DNA of 64,000 nucleotides from the NCBI GenBank assembly GCA_016188425.1, contig JACPHX010000016.1, positions 22,161-86,160 on the forward strand, written 5' to 3'. Positions 58,980 through 64,000 of the stretch are shown piece after piece; the first letter of the stretch is position 1, and each line of letters opens with the position of its first letter. Position numbers and translations under genes: made by a program. The notes below the pieces were generated by a model, which was given only the letters and a program-made list of their open reading frames with translations, was not told the origin of the DNA and searched no databases. This DNA comes from Candidatus Uhrbacteria bacterium. GTDB lineage: Bacteria; Patescibacteriota; Patescibacteriia; UBA9934; GWF2-40-263.

Positions 58980-59906
58980 TTAGTCCAATATCGCGTTTGC
59001 AATAGAGGTCGCGAGGCTCAAAACCCTGAAAGGGCCTTTGCCGTCGAGATCGCGGGCGCTCGGGCAGGAATCCGTTACCCAGACCTTTTCGAATCCAGCA
59101 TCGAGGAACTTCTTCCAGGAGCCGTTTTCAAGCACTCCATGCGTGACGAACACGCTTACTTTCCGCGCGCCAGCAGCCAACAACGCATCCCGACACCTGA
59201 TGATCGTTCCACCCGAATGAATGAGATCATCAATGATCACCACGTCGCAACCGCGCGCCTCGCCTCGGCTGACATGCACATCGCGCTTGTCGCCATCCCT
59301 ATCTTTGTCACAAACGACGAAGGGGTACGGCGACCTCCCATTCTCGTCCAGGAACATTACCTTGAACCTCTTGCGAGCGCCGTCATCTGGAAAAACGATC
59401 GACACGTTGCGCCCCGCGAGCACCTCCTTGAGGAGCTTGGTTCCCGTCTTGAACCGTGGCGAAATGCTGGGGCCGAAGTAATGCCGGTTCGCGAGCGCGT
59501 GAATGTCCCACAGGTACAGCGGGATCGGCCCGGGGCCAGCTGGCGGCAACCCCGAGAACATCTGCGCCAGCGTGCTGGCCGTCGCCACTTGCCCCTCTTC
59601 GTCGACCCGCTCCATCGTTCCCGTCGGGAAATAGGGGAGAAGGATCCGCAACGATGTGGGCGCGAGCGCGGCGAGCGTGTGCAGGACGCTCCATTGCTCG
59701 AAAATCGTCCCAGGCTTATCGAAACAAGCCAGGAACGAAACATGTGAATGCCTGACCTGATCCACGTGACGAATGAACGTGTTTGGGAACCCGTCTGGGA
59801 ATTGTCCCCAGGAGATATCCCCTAAGGTAATGTTGGCTTGTCGCTTCACCACCTCCCGGGCGAGCGACTCCATTTGAGGACTGAACAGAAGCACGTATCT
59901 ATCCAC
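58980..59906 (-). CDS. prs: Ribose-phosphate pyrophosphokinase, class II (plant-like)
   Basis: FPDGFPN; IFEQ.SV; LPYFPTGTMERV.EEG.VATA.TLA; DIHAL; FPDDGA.KRF; IIDDLIHSGGT; VTHG; WVTDSC. GTG start after GGGGG. Confidence 0.9.
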   Translation of the reverse strand: MDRYVLLFSPQMESLAREVVKRQANITLGDISWGQFPDGFPNTFIRHVDQVRHSHVSFLACFDKPGTIFEQWSVLHTLAALAPTSLRILLPYFPTGTMERVDEEGQVATASTLAQMFSGLPPAGPGPIPLYLWDIHALANRHYFGPSISPRFKTGTKLLKEVLAGRNVSIVFPDDGARKRFKVMFLDENGRSPYPFVVCDKDRDGDKRDVHVSRGEARGCDVVIIDDLIHSGGTIIRCRDALLAAGARKVSVFVTHGVLENGSWKKFLDAGFEKVWVTDSCPSARDLDGKGPFRVLSLATSIANAILD

Positions 59907-60029
59907 GTGTATTCCCCCGCGATGATCGGTTAAGAGCCAGTAGACACCCACAGAATACCACACTATGTTTTTTGAACGAGTAAAGAACCGTCCACAAAAA
60001 TAGGACGGCCGCGCGCGCGTCGCCGTCCG

Positions 60030-60311
60030 TCAGTTCATCTTCCGTCTTCGCTGTGCGATCAGCAAGGCCTGTTTGGCTCGCCAGGTTTCGATCTTGAGAT
60101 CTTTTCGGATCCGCTTCGTTTCTCCCTCGACTTGATCCATATACTCATTGAACCAAGTCGCGCATCTGTCACAGGATTCAAGATGCCCGTTCAAAACCTC
60201 CTCCAGCTCCTCCGTCTCCCACGTATCGACCTCCTTATCCGACAAGAACAACTTGACGTCCTCGCAGGTAGGGAACGTCAGTTCCCCGGTGGACGAATCT
60301 TTTTCATTCAT
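60030..60311 (-). CDS. Small zf-HC2 (ZAS anti-sigma-like) protein
   Basis: TCEDV...L.D......L..HLESCDRC (C...HxxxCxxC). Confidence 0.55.
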   Translation of the reverse strand: MNEKDSSTGELTFPTCEDVKLFLSDKEVDTWETEELEEVLNGHLESCDRCATWFNEYMDQVEGETKRIRKDLKIETWRAKQALLIAQRRRKMN

Positions 60312-60406
60312 TACTGACCCGCTCTAGCGAAAATTGACGATCAAGGCAAAAGAAAACCACAAAACCCTTGCCTTCCCGCTCCTTTTTTTGTATCCTCCCC
60401 ACACAT

Positions 60407-60482
60407 GGCGGCTATGGTGAAATGGCTATCACATCGGGTTGTGGTCCCGACGGTACGGGTTCGATCCCCGTTAGCCGCCCCA
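60407..60482 (+). tRNA. tRNA-His(GTG)
   Basis: Encoded G-1 and C73; loop TTGTGGT; CCA end. Promoter TTGCCT-N17-TATCCT upstream. Confidence 0.96.
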
Positions 60483-60483
60483 T

Positions 60484-60514
60484 AAAACACCCTCGAAAGA
60501 GGGTGTTTTGTTTT
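60484..60514. terminator. Terminator after tRNA-His
   Basis: aaaacaccctc-gaaa-gagggtgtttt. Confidence 0.85.
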
Positions 60515-60533
60515 TCCATAAAAATGTCTTCGT

Positions 60534-61349
60534 CTACCAAAACCACCCCACCATCGCCCCGACGCACAGGAATGGGAAGAGCGGCACCACGTGACGGAAC
60601 CTCGCGACAACCATCGCGATCAAGAGCCCAATCATTAATCCTCCAATAAGCGGCAATGTCGGCTCCCATCCGCGATGGATGACCGAAGAGGCGACGAGCG
60701 CCGCCGGAAACAAGGCGTCACCGACTCCAATGATCGCCGCCGGCTTGGCATGCGCGATCGTTTGTAACCAATCGCTTCGCTTCTGTGGCACAGCAAAAAT
60801 CAACGGTGCGTGGATCGCGATGGCTTGCAATGCTAATTTCGGAATCATCATAGAAAAAAAGACGCCGAGAACGTCGTAAATGCTCAAAAAAACAAAGGCG
60901 ATCAGCAAGAACGGCGCTTGGTACCAGACCGAAATCCAAAGACCTGCAAAGACGGCCAATGCGGTCACAAAAATTCCATTCACCAGATACGTCCGCGCAG
61001 TGCGCTCCCAGGCCCAGAGGACGATCGCGATCAGGAGCGCGAGAACGGGATTGATAAACAAAGTTAGCCCAGAAAAAATCAGACTCGCCGCCGACACCGA
61101 AATGACATGCCCAAACCATTTATTGTGACGAAGAACGAACAAGAGGAGGAGCGCGATCACAAAGGAGAGGAAAAATGATGGGATACCTGGCTGCACCAGC
61201 TCCCCGATCGGTTCCTGCGCCCACGTGAACGAACGCAAAGGAAACGCGCCTATAAACGCCAAAAACCAAACGCCCACGAGCCATCCCACGCTCCATTCCA
61301 TCGCGTGCCATGGATGCGCTTGCGCTACAGGTTGTCGTTTCCCTCCCAT
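60534..61349 (-). CDS. Presenilin/signal-peptide-peptidase-family (GxGD) intramembrane aspartyl protease
   Basis: About 9 TM helices; IYDV; IGVGDALFP; VPLFPFL at the PAL position. Confidence 0.78.
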   Translation of the reverse strand: MGGKRQPVAQAHPWHAMEWSVGWLVGVWFLAFIGAFPLRSFTWAQEPIGELVQPGIPSFFLSFVIALLLLFVLRHNKWFGHVISVSAASLIFSGLTLFINPVLALLIAIVLWAWERTARTYLVNGIFVTALAVFAGLWISVWYQAPFLLIAFVFLSIYDVLGVFFSMMIPKLALQAIAIHAPLIFAVPQKRSDWLQTIAHAKPAAIIGVGDALFPAALVASSVIHRGWEPTLPLIGGLMIGLLIAMVVARFRHVVPLFPFLCVGAMVGWFW

Positions 61350-61389
61350 ATTAGTAGTATTCTATCACGTTGTACGCAAACTCAATTGA

Positions 61390-61464
61390 GTCCCTGTAGC
61401 TCAACGGATAGAGCTGCGCTCTTCTAAGGCGTAGATGGGGGTTCGATTCCCTCCAGGGACGCCA
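61390..61464 (+). tRNA. tRNA-Arg(TCT)
   Basis: GTCCCTG/CAGGGAC stem; loop CTTCTAA; GTTCGAT T-loop; GCCA end; terminator follows at 61466-61495. Confidence 0.95.
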
Positions 61465-61552
61465 CAAAAAATCCTGCTTTGCGGGATTTTTTGTTTAGGA
61501 AAAAATAATCATCTAATTGCTAACCCATCGGTCCAGTCCTTCTTAGCCATTT

Positions 61553-62479
61553 CTAGCCCTTCCCCTTCCCATGGAACTTCTCATGTATCTTCTTCAACTG
61601 CGGATCCGTCACATGCGTATATATCTGAGTCGTCGTTATCGATGCGTGCCCCAACATGGCCTGTACCGATCGAATATCTGCCCCAGACCTCAACAAATCC
61701 GTCGCAAAGGTGTGTCGGAGCGTGTGCGGCGTGATCTTTTTGGAAATCCCCGCCTCCCGCGCGTAGCGAGCCACTGTCCGTTCGATGGAGCGAGGGGTCA
61801 GAGGGCCCGCCTCCTCCCGGCCGTTCTTGGCGCGATCGTGGGAGACGAAGGCGAATGGTGATGTATCTTTCCGTTTCTTGAAATACCGGTCGATTGCCTC
61901 GGCCGCTGGCTCCGAGAGAAAAACAATACGTGGTTTGTCTCCCTTGCCGCGCACAGTGAACTCCCGTTTCTTCGTATTAATCTGATCGATGTGCAAGTTC
62001 GACAGCTCCGAGACCCGGAGCCCTGTCGCGAACAAACATTCGAGGATTGCTTGGTCGCGCAGGGCAATCATCGAATCTCCCAGCTTCATTGGAAGCACCA
62101 ACATTCTCTCCAACTCATCCGTTTCCAGGAACTCAACGGATCGCTGCGATTGCTTTGCAAGCTCCACCTTCTCTGGAGGCAAACTCGCGATGTCGCGTTT
62201 GGACAGGTACTTAAGGAATGACCGCAACGCGATCAGATGATAGTTTTGTGTAGATTTTTTGAGATTCTCCTCATCTCTTCCTTCAATAGAGCGGTTGAGC
62301 CAAAGCCGATACCGTCGTAACACCTCGGGTGTAATGTCTCTGGGACCAATTTTTCCCACCCATTTGGAAAACCGCTTCAGATAAAATTCATAATTGCGTA
62401 CCGTCCGAGGGGAACGCCCTTGTTCGATTTCCAGATACTCCAAGTAATCCTTCAGTAATTTGTCCAAGGGGCTGTTCAT
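61553..62479 (-). CDS. XerC/XerD-family tyrosine recombinase
   Basis: SAM-like N-domain; RDQAILE.L.ATGLRVSEL; GKGDK.R; TPHTLRHTFAT; LGHASITTTQIYTH. Confidence 0.92.
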   Translation of the reverse strand: MNSPLDKLLKDYLEYLEIEQGRSPRTVRNYEFYLKRFSKWVGKIGPRDITPEVLRRYRLWLNRSIEGRDEENLKKSTQNYHLIALRSFLKYLSKRDIASLPPEKVELAKQSQRSVEFLETDELERMLVLPMKLGDSMIALRDQAILECLFATGLRVSELSNLHIDQINTKKREFTVRGKGDKPRIVFLSEPAAEAIDRYFKKRKDTSPFAFVSHDRAKNGREEAGPLTPRSIERTVARYAREAGISKKITPHTLRHTFATDLLRSGADIRSVQAMLGHASITTTQIYTHVTDPQLKKIHEKFHGKGKG

Positions 62480-62550
62480 ACACAGGTATGATACTTGAGT
62501 CCCTGGTTTGCCTCTAGGGAGCATGGTAAGATCGGACATATTTAAAAACT

Positions 62551-63309
62551 ATGGATATTCAACCACCCAAACCAGTTTTCGACAGCCTGCCGCCTAAGAC
62601 AGCTTTTATCATCGGATTCGTCAGTGCGGTCCTCACATTGGGAACCATAGGGTTCGTAGCCCTGGGTTCCTGTGTCCTCAAAGACGGATGCTCTTTTGGG
62701 AGCAGTGCGGTCGCGGCAGTACCGACTCCATCTCCCACCCCCTCCGCCCCTACCCCGGCCCCAGAACCAGTCGGCAACCCGGCTGCCGTCACGGATGCCG
62801 ACCATATCCGCGGGGATAAAAAGGCAAAAATAACCCTCATTGAATACTCTGATTTCCAATGCCCATTCTGCGGTCGCTTTGCCCCAACCGCCGATCAAAT
62901 TCTTAAGGACTACGCAGGAAAGGTAAAAATGGTGTACCGCCACTTCCCCTTGAGCTTCCACCCCAACGCCGAACCGGCTGCGGAGGCGTCCGAGTGTGCT
63001 GATGAACAAGGAAAATTCTGGGAATTCCACGATAAAATGTTCCAGAACCAGGAGGGATTGACCGCCGACTACTTCAAAAAAGTCGCCGCCGACCTCGGCC
63101 TCAACGCCACCAAGTTCCAGGCCTGCCTCGACTCCGACAAAATGCTCGCCAAAGTCCGCGCCCAGCAGCAAGAAGGCGGCACCGCCGGCGTTACAGGAAC
63201 ACCTGGCTCCTTCCTTGTTGACGACAAGGGCCGCATCCAGTCCATCCGCGGCGCGCTCCCATTTGAGAGCATCAAGCCGATGATCGACCAGATGCTGCAG
63301 CAGAACTAG
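62551..63309 (+). CDS. dsbA: Membrane-anchored DsbA-family thiol-disulfide oxidoreductase
   Basis: N-terminal TM helix; EYSDFQCPFC; YRHFPL; GVTGTP; GALP. Confidence 0.88.
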   Translation: MDIQPPKPVFDSLPPKTAFIIGFVSAVLTLGTIGFVALGSCVLKDGCSFGSSAVAAVPTPSPTPSAPTPAPEPVGNPAAVTDADHIRGDKKAKITLIEYSDFQCPFCGRFAPTADQILKDYAGKVKMVYRHFPLSFHPNAEPAAEASECADEQGKFWEFHDKMFQNQEGLTADYFKKVAADLGLNATKFQACLDSDKMLAKVRAQQQEGGTAGVTGTPGSFLVDDKGRIQSIRGALPFESIKPMIDQMLQQN

Positions 63310-63383
63310 AACGATTTGAACAATACCCTCTAATAATAGAGGGTATTTTCTTTTTGTGCCTCTGTGTTATCTTGGCTCGCACT

Positions 63384-64000
63384 ATGCAAATCCAGCCCAT
63401 CCGATGTCCGCTTTTCAAGGAAAATGGATCGCTCGAAACCTACATTTCCAAAATCATCCCTGTTTTGCGCAACAGCGACATTCTCGTCATCACCTCCAAA
63501 ATCGTCGCTCTCTCCCAAGGCCGGATCGTCGAGAATGGCCCAGGACGCAAATCAAACGTCATTCGGGAGGAAAGCGAGCAGGTAATCAAAACCAAATGGT
63601 GTTACCTCACCCTCAAAGACGGCCACTGGTGCCCAAACGCCGGCGTCGATGAGTCCAACGCCCGCGGGAAACTCATCCTCTGGCCGACAGATTCATATCT
63701 AGTCGCCGCCGAGATGAGAAAAACGCTCATGAAAAAATTCAAACTCAAGAAACTAGGCATCCTCATCACCGACAGCCGCACATTCCCCCTCCGATCCGGT
63801 GTGACGGGAGTGGCACTTGGATACGCAGGGTTCAAGGGGCTCCGAGACTATCGAGGAAAACGCGATCTCTTCAAAAGAAAACTCATCATGACCCAGACCA
63901 ACGTCGCGGACTCGCTTGCGACCGCGGCGGTTCTGCTGATGGGAGAAGGAAATGAGCGGCAGCCGCTTTGTCTCATAAAGGAGGCGCCGGTGGTGTTCAC
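63384..64000 (+). CDS. CofE-like (F420-0/folate) gamma-glutamyl ligase, truncated by the window end
   Basis: Own translation: DILVITSKIVALSQGR...NAGVDESN...GILITDSRTFPLRSGVTGVALG...VADSLATAAVLLMGEGNE.QP. Confidence 0.85.
   Translation, partial: MQIQPIRCPLFKENGSLETYISKIIPVLRNSDILVITSKIVALSQGRIVENGPGRKSNVIREESEQVIKTKWCYLTLKDGHWCPNAGVDESNARGKLILWPTDSYLVAAEMRKTLMKKFKLKKLGILITDSRTFPLRSGVTGVALGYAGFKGLRDYRGKRDLFKRKLIMTQTNVADSLATAAVLLMGEGNERQPLCLIKEAPVVF

Noticed and set aside
61390-62479. Integrative element: integrase next to tRNA-Arg(TCT)
   Set aside because: The protein looks like a housekeeping Xer recombinase. No att duplication or cargo is seen, and the similarity to 47532-47607 is simply another complete tRNA-Arg.

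Overview
A 64-kb bacterial chromosome segment. The gene inventory and style suggest Patescibacteria/CPR (Parcubacteria/ABY1-like); this is an inference. Housekeeping genes: ftsK, recA, efp, epmA, rpsR-ssb-rpsF, murI, ychF, rmuC, rpsT, holA, polA, a Xer-family recombinase, dsbA, split ccdA/DipZ, prs and five tRNAs. A ~22-kb co-directional surface-structure locus (10.7-32.5 kb) encodes two paralogous WxL/pilin-like subunits, a DUF916-like membrane-anchored chaperone-like protein, a 3211-aa fibre-like adhesin, an FN3/Cys-rich membrane protein whose N-domain resembles the larger subunit, and a double FG-GAP propeller protein. A second, paralogous ~2360-aa fibre lies at 39.7-46.8 kb. The most notable unexplained non-coding signals are: (i) a conserved 97-nt rod-like hairpin directly behind each of two tRNA-Ala genes, pairing with their ACCA ends; (ii) a ~290-nt four-hairpin intergenic element with strand-biased G-U pairs; (iii) three families of short palindromic repeats, some inserted in frame in proteins; (iv) a pair of perfect DnaA boxes next to an AT-rich tract. 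The prs gene resembles plant-type class II PRPP synthases. No CRISPR array, prophage or IS element was seen. All functional calls come from motif recognition by eye; no searches were run.
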